Positions 1-12,661 are shown, numbered from the stretch's first letter. The stretch: DNA of 64,000 bases from Eledone cirrhosa (GCA_964016885.1 OZ024749.1:32302001-32366000); one strand, 5' to 3'. Numbers and translations are program-made. The notes: generated by a model not told the origin, from the sequence alone.

Positions 1-42
<42 letters not shown>

Positions 43-43
43 C

Positions 44-154
44 GTATTCTGATGAGTTGATCAGAGGTAAATAATGTAATGGAGATCGAGTGATGCAACT
101 TCAAGCAATTAGCGACCTCTAGACTCACCTGATCAATGAAACAATTGTCAATAC
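44..154 (+). ncRNA. Type I hammerhead ribozyme, minimal stem III, long stem II
   Basis: GTATT-CTGATGA-GTTGATCAG...CTGATCAAT-GAAAC-AATT-GTC-AATAC. Stem I 5 bp, stem II at least 9 bp, GUC cleavage after 149. Confidence 0.85.
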
Positions 155-194
155 CTGAAATAAAGCCCAACTATGTTACTCTTCATTCTTTTAC

Positions 195-268
<74 letters not shown>

Positions 269-289
269 TTTGTATTTTTACTATTACAG

Positions 290-349
290 AATATAGCCTT
301 CATTACAACACAGATCTATTACGCCTACTACAATGCATTCTCTCAACAG
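290..349 (+). CDS. ATP11: P4-ATPase (ATP11-like phospholipid flippase) internal exon, NIAFITTQIYYAYYNAFSQQ
   Basis: TTACAG acceptor, GT donor at 350, 60 nt, phase 0-0. Resembles the P4-ATPase C-terminal TM segment after FFYK (N...FSQQ). Confidence 0.88.
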
Positions 350-869
350 GTATGGTAATGTTGATATTTCCCAGATTCTTCCTTTGATAAGGTCAATGCA
401 TTAGCCTGTTGCTATTCTTGATCTTCATGTGTTTGTTACAGGTTCCTCACACAGTTAAAAACTGTCTGAGAAGTGCACTTACAAGATCATTAGACAACCC
501 ACCGATGCTGGAAAGACAGTGGCTTGGCACCAGTGATGTTGCAACTCTTTTCTACTGCTGAGTAAACTGGAGCAACATGAAATAAAGGGTTTTGCTCAAA
601 GATTCAATGCATTACTTGGTCCAAGAATCGAACTCACAGCCTGTCAATTGAAAGTTCAATGCCTTAACCACTAAGCCATCGGCCTTCACTATATATATAT
701 ATATATATAAATATATGTATAGACCTTGCAATCGAAAGGTTGTGAGTTCAATTCTCAGGCCGGGTGATGTGTTGTTTCCTTGAGCAAGACACTTTATTTC
801 ACATTGCTCCAGTTTACTCAGCTGTAGAAATGAGATGATAGGGACAGGGGTCCATATCAATCCACTGCA

Positions 870-1250
870 AAGTGGTCGTGGAGATGCCACAGCAAAAAAG
901 CACCCAGCACTCACTGTAAAGTGGTCGTGGAGATGCCACAGTAAAAAAGCACCCAGCACTCACTGTAAAGTGGTCGTGGAGGTGCCCCAGCAAAAAAGTA
1001 CCCAGCACTCACTGTAAAGTGGTCGTGGAGGTGCCATGGAAAAAAAGCACCCAGCACTCACTGTAAAGTGGTCGTGGAAGCACCCAGCACTCACTGTAAA
1101 GTGGTCGTGGAGGTGCCACGAAAAAAAAGCACCCGGCACTCACTGTAAAGTGGTCGTGGAGGTGCTACGAAAAAAAGCACCCAGCACTCACTGTAAAGTG
1201 GTCGTGAAGGTGGCACGGAAAAAAAAGCACCCAACACTCACTGTAAATGG
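870..1250 (+). repeat. About 49-bp tandem amplification (about 8 copies) inside a SINE body
   Basis: AAGTGGTCGTGGAG..GCCAC..AAAAAAGCACCCAGCACTCACTGTA repeated. Confidence 0.85.
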
Positions 1251-1455
1251 GGTTGGTGTTAGGAAGGGCATCCAGCTATAGAAATCAAGCCAGAATCAGT
1301 TCCCGTCCCACCCTTGCAAGCAGGGAAAAGCGGACGTAAAATGATGATGATGATGATGATGCCAGTGTGGAAAAAGTGATGATGATGTTGATGATGATAC
1401 ATATGATGATGATGATGATATATACATATATTAATTATTTTATTTTATTTTACAG

Positions 1456-1583
1456 TCATTATTCGAAGGCTTCCTTCTCATGTTTTATAACATTACTTTC
1501 ACCTCATTACCAATCTTCATCTATGGCCTCTTTGAGAAAGACGTCAACTCTTATGAACTGATAAACACTCCAACAATTTACAG
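1456..1583 (+). CDS. ATP11: ATP11-like exon, SLFEGFLLMFYNITFTSLPIFIYGLFEKDVNSYELINTPTIYR
   Basis: TACAG/GTACT boundaries, phase 0-2. Contains the YNxxFTSLP and GLFEKD motifs of P4-ATPases. Confidence 0.92.
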
Positions 1584-1604
1584 GTACTTTACTTTAATTT
1601 ACTT

Positions 1605-2270
1605 TTAACTTGAAACCCCAGGGTTGCTGGGAGACAGCGTACCAAGATGCTGATGTACACCATCTCTATTATTGCATTTAACTTTACCCTTGAAACCCCA
1701 GGGTTGTTGGGGCTACTGTACCGAGGTGGAGCAGTGTATGACCTCGCCTTTCAATTTACCATCTCTGTTGCTTCACTTCTCTCTTTTAACTTGAAACCCC
1801 TGGGTTTTGGGGGTTACTGTACCGAGGTGGAGCAGTGTATGACCTCGCCTTTCAATGTACCATCTCTGTTGCTTCACTTCTCTCTTTTAACTTGAGACCC
1901 CTAGGTTTTGGGGGTTACTGTACCAAGGTGGAGCAGTGTATACCCTCACCATTTGGTGTACTCTCTTTGTTGCTTCATTTCACTTTTCCCTTTTACCTTG
2001 AAACCCCAGGGTTTTGGTTACCACTATTCCAAGGTGGAGCAGTATACCACCTCATCCTTTAATGTACCCTCTCTGTAACTTCATTTTACTTCACCCTTGA
2101 AATTCCTGAATTGTTGGGGTCCACTGTACCAAGATGGAGCAGGGTACCATCTCTTTTGCTTCATTTCACTTTCCCCTTTTACCTTGAAGCTCCAGAGTTG
2201 TTGAGGCCACTATTCCAAGCTAGAGCAGTGTACCACCTCACCTTCCACTCTACCATCTCTGTTGCCAGCC
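1605..2270 (+). repeat. Diverged about 100-bp intronic tandem repeat (about 7 copies)
   Basis: TTGAAACCCC...TACTGTACC.AGGTGGAGCAGTGTA recurring. Confidence 0.8.
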
Positions 2271-2529
2271 AGGATTTGGGTTCTTACAAAGTCTTTACTG
2301 GTCCATTTCTTGACCACTTTTTTACCTCTTTTCTACTGACCTCCTTACTTTCTTTAAGCTAGAGCTATTCCATGGAAGATTCTCTTGGTTCACCCATCAG
2401 GTTTTGTCATGTGACCATTCCATCACGTTTTCCTTACAATGGTTAGCAAGTCTTCCTAGTTCTTCTTCTTCTTCTTCTTCTTCTTCTTCTTCTTCTTCTT
2501 CTTCTTCTTCTTCTTCTTCTTCTTCTTCT

Positions 2530-2815
2530 TCTATAGTACATAGAATAATGTTCAAATGTCAGGTAAGTGAACAGTGTATGAGTCCTGAAATACATGTGTG
2601 CATGTGAATGGAGTGGGGATATCAGGTGTAGTGTTGGCAAATTTCAGGAAGCATGGAGGTTTTAAAGGATGCAGTGTCTTGGCAGCTAACAACTGATGCA
2701 GGTAATTTGTTCCATGCTTCAGCAACTCTGAGCGCAAAAAAAACGTTTCCGAAAGTCATGGGAGCTGTGCTGTTTTCTGATTTTGTAGGCATGTCCTATA
2801 TATGTGTAGTCTTAG
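2530..2815 (-). mobile_element. CR1/L2-type LINE 3' end fragment
   Basis: Minus-strand translation RKQHSSHDFRKRFFALRVAEAWNKLPASVV. Confidence 0.7.
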
Positions 2816-2846
2816 TACTTTTATACTATTTTCTTTCATTTCACAG

Positions 2847-2905
2847 AAAATACTCCCGAAACAGTTTGTTATCCCTAGGCCATTTTTTAAAGTGGAACCT
2901 TCTTG
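2847..2905 (+). CDS. ATP11: ATP11-like exon, (R)KYSRNSLLSLGHFLKWNLL
   Basis: TCACAG/GTAAAT boundaries, 59 nt, phase 2-1 fits both neighbouring exons. NxLLSxxxFLxW motif. Confidence 0.88.
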
Positions 2906-2999
2906 GTAAATACAATTAAAATTATCTTTGGTTGTCATTAAAATCATTGTAACTATAGCAACAAAGATGAGAACACTTGTCTGAATAAATTAATGTATA

Positions 3000-4080
3000 A
3001 TAAATATAATTTGTGTATAATAATTAGTGTATAATAATTGGTGCATAATGAGTGTATAATAATTATGTATGATAATTAGTGTATAACAATTAGTGTATAA
3101 CAACTAGTGTATATTAATTAGTGCATATTAATTAGTATATAATAATTGATGCATAATGAGTGTATAATAATTATGTATGATAATTAATGTATAATGATTA
3201 GTGTATAATAATTATTGTATATTAATTAGTGTATAATAATTGGTGTATAATAAGTAGTGTATAATCATTATAGACTAATTATTATACTCAAATTATTATA
3301 CACTAATTATACACTAATTATTATACACAAATTAATATACACCAATTATTATACACTAATTAATATACACTAATTATTGGCCCCACCCATAGCTACAAGA
3401 GATAGCATGCCATAATTAGTGTATAATGATTTGTGTATAACAATCAGTGTATAATGTTTTGAGTATAATAATCGGTGTATAATGATTTGAGTATAATAAT
3501 CATTGTATAATGATTTGAGTATAATAATCAGTGTATAATGATTTGAGTATAATAATCAGTGTATAATCAGTGTATAATGATTTGAGTATAATAGTCAATG
3601 TATAATGATTTGAGTATAATAATCAGTGTATAATGATTAGAGTATAATAATCAGTGTATAATGATTTGAGTATAATAATCAGTGTATAATGATTTGAGTA
3701 TAATAATCAGTGTATAATCAGTGTATAATGATTTGAGTATAATAGTCAGTGTATAATGATTTGAGTATAATAATCAGTGTATAATGATTAGAGTATAATA
3801 ATAAGTGTATAATGATTTGAGTATAATAATCAGTGTATAATGATTTAAGTATAATAATCAGTGTATAATGATTTGAGTATAATAATCAGTGTATAATGAT
3901 TTGAGTATAATAATCAGTGTATAATGATTTGAGTATAATAATCAGTGTATAATGATTAGAGTATAATAATCAGTGTATAATGATTTGAGTATAATAATCA
4001 GTGTATAATGATTTGAGTATAATAATCAGTATTAAATCAGTGTATAATAATTTGTATATAATAATCAGTGTATAATAATT
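3000..4080. repeat. AT-rich 14/28-bp minisatellite with an internal inverted block
   Basis: TGATTTGAGTATAATAATCAGTGTATAA units; reverse-oriented units at about 3275-3380. Confidence 0.9.
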
Positions 4081-4238
4081 ACAAATTGTCATTAAAATCA
4101 TTGTATCTATAGCAACAAAGATTAAGACATTAATCTGAATAAATCAATGTAATAATTATTATAATTTCTTAGCTGAGAAATGCAACTCAAATCTTTGTCA
4201 TAATTATTGTTTAAATATTGGTTTTCTTTTCTTTTCAG

Positions 4239-4318
4239 CTGTTTGGCACTCATTGGTGATATTCTTTGGAGTGTATTTCCTAATTGCAGAAAACAGTTCT
4301 TTATTTTACGACAGTAAA
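4239..4318 (+). CDS. ATP11: ATP11-like exon, (A)VWHSLVIFFGVYFLIAENSSLFYDSK
   Basis: Polypyrimidine tract plus CAG, GTAAGT donor, phase 1-0. Encodes a TM helix. Confidence 0.9.
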
Positions 4319-4576
4319 GTAAGTTACCTCTCTTTTTTTATTCATTTATACATCTCATTTCTACCTTCGTTACATCCTTTAACCCTATTCATACCAAACT
4401 CTTCTACTTCTATAAAACAAAACCACCTGTCTTGAAGGATTTAAATTAATATGTTCCAACATAATTTCACTTTAAAATATTTGTTAAAATTATGTTACAA
4501 AAAGATTTTCTTAAAGACTCCAATTCCATTTTCAACTTCTTTTTCCTACATTGGGATGTATAAAAACTTACTTTCT

Positions 4577-4626
<50 letters not shown>

Positions 4627-5296
4627 GAGAGAGAGAGAAATGGCTTCTACAAGACTAGAACTGTTTCATTCAGGAGAGATCATTAGGAAGCCCTGATGAT
4701 TTCTCCCAAATTAAACAGGTCTAGTCCTGTAGAAGCCATTTCTATATTATATATTTATACTCTGCTACGTATTGAGTACCTTACTTACTGTGGTTACCCC
4801 CGATTGAACCCGGGATAAACTTATATATATATATATTATATTTACGATCTGAGTTCAAATCCCGCCGAGGTTGACTTTGCCTTTCATCCTTACGGGGTCG
4901 ATAAAATAAAGTACCAGTAATGCACTGGGTAATTGCTGGCCTTGTGCCTAAAGTAGAAACAATTATATATATTCGGGGGTAACCACAGTAAGTAAGGTAC
5001 TCAATACATAGCAGAGTATAAATATTTAACTTTTCAAGGAGTTACCTCCCTTGAAACCCGTCTCTACTTAAGATAAATTTCCTAAAAGTAACCATCTTGT
5101 TACACATAGGCAGATGTGTTTACTATAGCCTCGACAGATGCACAATGCTTGTTTATAGCATACACTTAATCTCTCCAGGACCCTTTTCGTGAACTGCCAA
5201 TCTGACTAATCTTTACGGACACGTAATCCTCTTATTTTATTTTATATTTTTTATTTCATTTCCATTTTATCTATATGAATATTTTCATTATCTCAT

Positions 5297-5412
5297 CTGA
5301 AGTTCTACTCCATAATATAATTTAAGTTACTTATCTTTCTCTGAACCAGATCAATAACAATCTCATAATCGATTGATCCAGAAACATTATATGGAGTAGT
5401 GAAACAATTGTA
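5297..5412 (+). ncRNA. Degenerate hammerhead ribozyme
   Basis: CTGAAGT (A9 changed), stem II CTACTCCATA/TATGGAGTAG, GAAACAATTGTA. Stem I no longer pairs. Confidence 0.5.
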
Positions 5413-7285
5413 AACTGACATTATTATTCCTTACATTAAACTGCAATTAATGTTGACACTCTTTAACTAACGTCTTCTATGTGAGTTTTGTGGTCTTGGT
5501 TTGCTTAAATAATGAATATATATATCATATATATTTATATATATATAAGTGAATAAACAATCACTAATGTTCAATACAGTAATACATTATCTGATTAATA
5601 CATTATTTGTAGAGAAATCATCAGAATTTACAAATTGGATTTAACTCTGAACTATATTTTGCCAATCTTGATGTTGATAAAATCACATTAGCACTTTAAA
5701 TCTCTGACTGCTTTATGCAGTTATATCATCAACTCATATAATCTGCCTTATATATATAGCGTGTCCCAAAAAATGTATACACACTTTTATTAGAATGCTG
5801 TGTGTACATTTTTGGGGACACCCTATATATATATATGTATGTATGTATATATGTGAATGCGCATGGCTTAGTGGTTAGAGCATTGGGCTTGCAATCAAAA
5901 GGTTGCGAGTTCAATTCTCCGGGAGATGTGTTGTTTCAATTCACCGGGTGATGTGTTGTTTCCTTGAGCAAGACACTTTATTTCACATTGTTCCAGTTTA
6001 CTCAGCTGTAGAAATGAGATGATAGGACTGGATGCAAAGTGGTCATGGAGGTTCCATGGCAAAAAAGCACCCAGCACTCACTGTAAATGAGGTTGGTGTT
6101 AGGAAGGGCATCCAGCTGTAGAAATCAAGCCAGAATCTATTCCGTATGAGCAAGGTCAGCCAACCGGACACTGCCCACAACAGGACAACCCGTCTAACCC
6201 ATGCTAGCGTGGAAGAACAGACGTAAAACGGTGATGATGATGATGATAATGATGATGTGTGTGTGTTTGAGTCCCAGGGTCAATCGAGGGTAACCACAAT
6301 AAATAAGATACAGTTGGTTTTGATGAGGATTTCCTTTGAATGAAACAGTTCTACTCCCGTAGAAGCCATCTCTGTATTAAATTTGTTATATATATATATA
6401 TATATATGGAAAAGTGAGTCCTTCATCAGTGACCCTCCAACCGTCCTCGGCATTTCATCGCTTTAAGGGCCATATGCCTCAGGTTGGTGCGAACAACGGC
6501 TAAAAAAAGTCGTTGGGACACGTAAATAAAGGGGGACGCTAGAGTAACAACAAAAGGGTTATAGCAACGGAAAGTGAGTAGAAATAGACAAGTCCCAGAT
6601 CTCTATGAATATAAACTCTGTGAAATCGTGAACAAGAGACGAAAGACCATCGAACCTGGTAGAAATGTGAGCAAGGAAAGAATTTCGCCCAAGTTCGACG
6701 GGGGGGAAAAAGAGAGAGAGAGAGAAAGAAAACTGGTCTACGAATTCGGTAAACGCAAGTTTTGTGAAGTCGCAGACGAAAGAGAGAGAGAAAAAAAATT
6801 CCATACCAGCTCGGTCAAGACTGCGCGAGAAAAGAATTACACACAGGTCAAACTTGAAGGAGGAGGAGGAAAGAGGAGGAGGAGAGGTAGTGACAGAGAA
6901 TGAGTGAGTGAAAGTTGAGGAGAGGGTAACAGAGAGAGAGAGACTGCTAGAAGTGGTAGAGATACAAGGTACGAAACAGACAGGCAGCATGGGAAGTAAT
7001 ATGTGTAAATATGATGATAATAATGGAGCTGCGGCGTTGCAAATGGGATACATATGAAAAAGTGAGTCCTTCATCAGTGACCCTCCAACCGTCATATATA
7101 TATATATATAAGTATATATATGATGGACTCAAAAGTTAAATGTGAAAAAGTAAACTGATATATATATATATATATGTATGTATGTGTGTGTGTGTGTGTG
7201 TGTTATCATACATGAAATAATAATCTCTCTTTCTCTTGGTCTCTCTCTCTCTCTTTTCTCCCTCTATATATGTTACCATTCTCAG

Positions 7286-7351
7286 TCTATTGGAAACTGG
7301 TCCTTTGGATTCATGGTTTACTTTGTGTGTGTTGTCACTGTCAATTTGAAG
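7286..7351 (+). CDS. ATP11: ATP11-like exon, SIGNWSFGFMVYFVCVVTVNLK
   Basis: CTCAG/GTGAGT boundaries, 66 nt, phase 0-0. GNWxFG...TVxLK is typical of ATP11. Confidence 0.92.
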
Positions 7352-7399
7352 GTGAGTCTCTTTTTCTACCCTCTACCTCTTTATCTATAACTCTGTTTG

Positions 7400-7433
<34 letters not shown>

Positions 7434-8125
7434 GACAGACTTATATGTATAAATATAAATCCGATAGGGTGTGATAAAAACCAGCTAGACCATAACCCAC
7501 CAGAATACTCGATACTTGGAGTAGTAAAATGGGTAACAGGAAAAGATTCAGGACCCCGGCGCCTGAGCTCTGACCGTTTCAACAGCTAGATCCGAACTAG
7601 ACAATAGTTCGGATCTAGCTGTCAAAATGGCCGGAGCTCAGCCATCAGGGTCCTGAATTTTTTCATATATATATATATTTATATTTCGTTTCTGAATTTG
7701 TTTAGCAAGATTCTTTATCTGAAATCGTGTGTTGAAACCGATATTGTTATACTTTGGGAGGGTCATGTTGCCAATAAGAAACACACGCACCAGTTGCTTT
7801 CACTTCAATTTATTATAATAAATTTATAAATTTAGGAATTTATAAATTTCCGGTTGGTTGGTGGGTTCCACAACCAGATGGTTGTTTATATATTGTCAAA
7901 GTTCTTTCGTCACACATTCTGTGACCTCTTCGGTGACCGGCGGTTCTTTTCTTTGTTTTTTTGTTTTTTGTGCCTCTCCTTTGTCGGGGTCCTGAATCTA
8001 TATTATTAACCAATTTGAGTATTTACATTTGAGATATGACACACACCAATGATCACAAATCTAAATGACTTTTATGTACATATATATACGTGCGCGTGTG
8101 TATACATATATATATGCATATATAC

Positions 8126-8171
<46 letters not shown>

Positions 8172-8559
8172 ATACTTTGGGAGGGTCATGTTGCCAATAA
8201 GAAACACACGCACCAGTTGCTTTCACTTCAATTTATTATATATTTATAAATTTATAAATTTATAAATTTCTGGTTGGTTGGTTGGTTCCACAACCAGATA
8301 GTTGTTTATATATAGTCATAGTTCTTTCGTCACACACTCTGTGACCTCTTCAGTGACTGGGGATTCCTTTCTTTGTTTCTGTGCCTCTCCTTTGTTCTGT
8401 CCTACGCCATTTTGTTTCTGTGTGTGTGTTGTGTGCTCAGTCTGCCACATATTTATATATATAGTAGAACACTGGAGTGTTATATCCGTAGTAGTAGAGC
8501 ACTCAGTCCAAGAGATGAGTTTGGTAGAAGTAGTTCCACAACAGTTAGTTCACAATACC

Positions 8560-8596
8560 GAGAACAAATGTTTCACCTTATGCAGATCTTCAGCTC
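8560..8596 (-). ncRNA. Minimal hammerhead in fold-back element 8528-8676 (same family as 37758)
   Basis: GAG-CTGAAGA-TCTGCATAAGGT-GAAAC-ATTT-GTT-CTC. The + arm copy is mutated (CTGAAAA, GCAAC). Confidence 0.6.
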
Positions 8597-9301
8597 AGAT
8601 TCAGACCGAGCTGAAAATCCGCATAAGGTGCAACATTTGTTCTTGGTATGGTGAACTAACTGTTGTGGAACTACTTATATATATATAGAAAAATGTATGA
8701 CCCCCGATGGCAGAGCTCAAGCCGTTTCGACGGCTATTTCTGGACTAAATTACAATTTTTAGCCTAATAAATAAATAGCCCCTTTTTTTACTACGCTAAA
8801 AATTGTAATTTAGTCCAGAAATAGCCATCGAAACGGCTTGAGCTCTGCCATCGGGGTCATACATTTTCCTATTACCCACTCTACTACCCTAAGTATTGAG
8901 TACTCTGGTGTGTTATGGTCCATCTGGTTCCTTACCACAACTCCTTCATTATATATATATATCATGGCGTAGTGGTTAGAGCATTGGCCTTGCAATCGAA
9001 AGGTTGTGAGTTCAATTCTCAGACCAGGTGATGTGTTGTTTCCTTGAGCAAGACACTTTATTTTCACATTGCTCCAGTTTACTCAGCTGTAGAAATGAGA
9101 TGATAGGACTGGGGTCCCTATCATTCCACTGCAAAGTGGTCGTGGAGGTGCCACAGAAAAAAAGCACCCAGCACACACTGTAAATGAGGTTGGTGTTAGG
9201 AAGGAGGGCATCCAGCTGTAGAAATCAAGCCAGAATCAGTTCCCGTCCCACCCTTGCAAGCAGGGAAAAATGGACGTAAAATGATGATGATGATGATGAT
9301 G

Positions 9302-9332
<31 letters not shown>

Positions 9333-9777
9333 TATAGTGAACAACACAATATGTAACTACTCCATTACCAAAGGTTTCAGGACCCTAGATAGTATTAATA
9401 TACGTCTATATCATTCATCAGACATCTCTGTACCTTTGGTAATGGAATAGTTATATATTGTGTTGTTCACTTTCTAATTAAACAGCTCTGTTCTATACAT
9501 AGAGCACTCTTTTTTCCTTTGCTTTTTCTTCGGAATTACCTAACACATAAAACATATATATATATGTATTTATTTCTCTTTATATCTGTCTATCTGTCTT
9601 TTATCTATCACTTTCTCTCACCACCCTCTTTCTCTCCTTTGTGTTCTACCTTGTCACTTCCATTCTCTCTCTCTTACTCTTTATACCTTATTCTTTTCCT
9701 CTCTCCTTCTACTCTCATTAACTCACCCTCTCTCTACATTACTCTCTCTTTCTCTCTCTCTCTCTCTTATGTTCCAG

Positions 9778-9881
9778 CTTGCAGTAGAAACCTACTCTTG
9801 GTACTACATCTCCTTATTGTCATTTTTCATCACATTTGGTGGGTCTTTTACCCTTTTATTTATATATGACAGTTTCTTGTG
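9778..9881 (+). CDS. ATP11: ATP11-like exon, LAVETYSWYYISLLSFFITFGGSFTLLFIYDSFL(W)
   Basis: TTCCAG/GTGAGT boundaries, phase 0-2. LAxxTxxW motif. Confidence 0.9.
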
Positions 9882-10113
9882 GTGAGTATTAATATTACTA
9901 TTATTACTGGATTGGCAAAATCGGTAGAGCGTCAGACAATATACTTTGTTGCATTGAGTTATGACTCTTAATATTCTGAGTTCAAATCCTGCCAAGATTA
10001 GCTTTACTTTTCATCCTTACGGGGTCGATAAAATAACGTACCAGTTACGCATCCCACAAAAATTTGCTGGCCTTGTGCATAAAATCAGAAACCATTATTA
10101 TTATTATTATTAA

Positions 10114-10298
10114 CGGCGGTGGATTGGCAGTATAGGTAGAGGGTCGGACGCCATGCTTTCCAGCATAGTTACGTCCCTTTACGATCTGAGATCAAATCCC
10201 GCCGAGGTTGACTTTGCCTTTCATCCTTACGGGGTCGATAAAATAAAGTACCAGTAATGCACTGGGTAATTGCTGGCCTTGTGCCTAAAGTAGAAACA

Positions 10299-10300
<2 letters not shown>
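10114..10300 (+). mobile_element. Second tRNA SINE family (Nin/Deu-like core); others about 4840-4965, 9905-10095, 10715-11060, 20825-21015, 38355-39060(-, cluster), 54460-54600(-), 63690-63985
   Basis: B-box-like GAG(T/A)TCAAATCC, core GCCTTTCATCCTTACGGGGTCGATAAAATAAAGTACC, (ATT)n tail. Confidence 0.75.
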
Positions 10301-10362
<62 letters not shown>

Positions 10363-10363
<1 letters not shown>

Positions 10364-10708
10364 GGAGGCACATGGCTTAGTGGTTAGAGCATTGGCCTTG
10401 CAATCGAAAGGTTGTGAGTTCAATTCTCAGACCAGGTGATGTGTTGTTTCCTTGAGCAAGACACTTTATTTCACATTGATCCAGTTTACTCAGCTGTAGA
10501 AATGAGATGATAGGGACTGGGGTCCATATCATTCCACTGCAAAGTGGTCGTGCAGGTGACACGGCAAAAAAGCACCCAGCACTCACTGTAAATGAGGTTG
10601 GTGTTAGGAAGGGCATCCAGCTGTAGAAATCAAGCCAGAATCAGTTCCCGTCCCACCCTTGCAAGCAGGGAAAAAGCGGACGTAAAATGAAATGATGATG
10701 ATGATGAT
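10363..10708 (+). mobile_element. tRNA-derived CORE-type SINE (OR2-like), representative copy; others about 530-688(-), 722-1362, 5856-6256, 8964-9303, 26205-26538(-), 28431-28820, 33385-33672(-), 37836-38163(-), 39138-39457(-), 47270-47655, 49930-50040
   Basis: A box TGGCTTAGTGG, B box GAGTTCAATTC, CORE-like CCTTGAGCAAGACACTT...CAGTTTACTCAGCTGTAGAAATG, (GAT)n tail. Confidence 0.85.
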
Positions 10709-11059
10709 TATTGTCAAATCCCGCCGAGGTTAACTTTGCCTTTCATCCTTACGGGGTCGATAAAATAAAGTACCAGTAATGCACTGGAATAATTGCTGGC
10801 CTTGTGCCAAAAGTAGAAACAATTTTTATTATTACATTCCATGGGTGGTGGATTGACAGTATCGGTAGAAGGTCGGACGCCATGCTTTGCAGCATAGAGT
10901 TACGGCCCTTTACAGTCTGAGTTCAAATCCTGCTGAAGTTAATTTTGCCTTTCATCCTTACGGGGTCGATAAAATAAAGTACCAGTTCTGCACTGGGGTC
11001 GATTTAATCAACTTTCCCCTCCCCCAAAATTGCTGGCCTTGTGCCTATATAAGAAATCA

Positions 11060-11300
11060 TTATTATTACTTGTAATGCTTTAGCTATGGCAGATATTTTA
11101 CCAACATTATACCATTATAGCTAATGCCCAAAGGTCCTTTGTGTCATTCCTTCTCTTTCAACTTAACATCACTCTCCTTAGAATCCTTGCTGTTCCTAGC
11201 AACACTGTTTACTGCAACAATCTTGTCCTGGTGGTTAGTTATATTACTAAATCCTTCCAAATTCTTCATTATTTTGAAAATGATTTGAAAATCTTATGCT
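11060..11300 (-). mobile_element. R4/Dong-like non-LTR retrotransposon 3' fragment
   Basis: Minus-strand LLQ*TVLLGTARILRRVML resembles the R4/Dong C-terminal motif; ends at a (TAA)n tract. Confidence 0.6.
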
Positions 11301-11304
11301 GTGT

Positions 11305-12598
11305 TTTTCATTAGAAATATAGTAATGAAAGGTTAATGACATAGGTAGTGTCTTTCATTAGAAATATGGTAATGAAAGGGTTAATGACATAGACAGTGTC
11401 TTTCATTAGACATATAGTAATGAAAGATTAATAACATAGATAGTGTCTTTCATTAGACATATGGTATTGAAAGGGTTGATGACATAGACAGTGTCTTTCA
11501 TTAGAAATATAGTAACGAAAGGGTTAATGACATAGGCAGTATCTTTCATTAGAAATATGGTAATGAAAGGGTTAATGACATAGACAGTGTCTTTCATTAG
11601 AAATATGGTAATGAAAGGGTTAATGACATGGGTAGTGTCTTTCATTAGAAATATGGTAATGAAAGGGTTAATGACATAGGCAGTGTCTTTCATTAGAAAT
11701 ATGGTAATGAAAGGGTTAATGACATAGGTAGTGTCTTTCATTAGAAATATAGTAACGAAAGGGTTAATGACATAGACAGTATCTTTCATTAGAAATATAG
11801 TAACGAAAGGGTTAATGACATAGGCAGTATCTTTCATTAGAAATATGGTAATGAAAGGGTTAATGACATAGACAGTGTCTTTCATTAGAAATATGGTAAT
11901 GAAAGGGTTAATGACATGGGTAGTGTCTTTCATTAGAAATATGGTAATGAAAGGGTTAATGACATAGGCAGTGTCTTTCATTAGAAATATGGTAATGAAA
12001 GGTTAATAATATAGGTAGTGTCTTTCATTAGAAATATGGTAATGGAAGGGTTAATGACATAGACAGTGTCTTTCATTAGATATATGGTAATGAAAGGTTA
12101 ATAACATAGACAGTGTCTTTCATTAGAAATATAGTAATGAAAGGGTTAATGACATAGGTAGTGTCTTTCATTAGAAATATAGTAATGAAAGATTAATGAC
12201 ATAGACAGTGTCTTTCATTAGATATATGGTAATGAAAGGTTAATAATATAGGTAGTGTCTTTCATTAGAAATATGGTAATGGAAGGGTTAATGACATAGA
12301 CAGTGTCTTTCATTAGATATATGGTAATGAAAGGTTAATAACATAGACAGTGTCTTTCATTAGAAATATAGTAATGAAAGATTAATGACATAGGTAGTGT
12401 CTTTCATTAGATATATGGAAATGAAAGGTTAATAACATAGATAGTGTCTTTCATTAGAAATATAGTAATGAAAGGGTTAATGACATAGGTAGTGTCTTTC
12501 ATTAGATATATGGTAATGAAAGGGTTAATAACATAGGCAGTGTCTTTCATTAGAAATATAGTAATGAAAGGTTAATGACATAGGCAGTGTTTTTCATT
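11305..12598. repeat. 47-48-bp minisatellite, about 27 copies
   Basis: TTTCATTAGAAATATGGTAATGAAAGGGTTAATGACATAGACAGTGTC. Confidence 0.95.
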
Positions 12599-12661
12599 AA
12601 AGATGTTAAGAAAATGTTTAACTATTGATACATTAATATTTTGCTCTCCTTTATTATACAG

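Noticed and set aside
7715-7755. TATCTGAAA...GAAACCGATATTGTTATA hammerhead-like motif (also about 24380)
   Set aside because: The core lacks G8 and stem II does not pair; at best a decayed remnant.
10363-10435. tRNA gene-like A and B boxes
   Set aside because: These are SINE heads followed by core and tail in many copies; no complete acceptor stem.
11406-11981. 191-aa ORF with a 16-aa repeat
   Set aside because: Reading of the 48-bp minisatellite; neighbouring 47-bp units break the frame.
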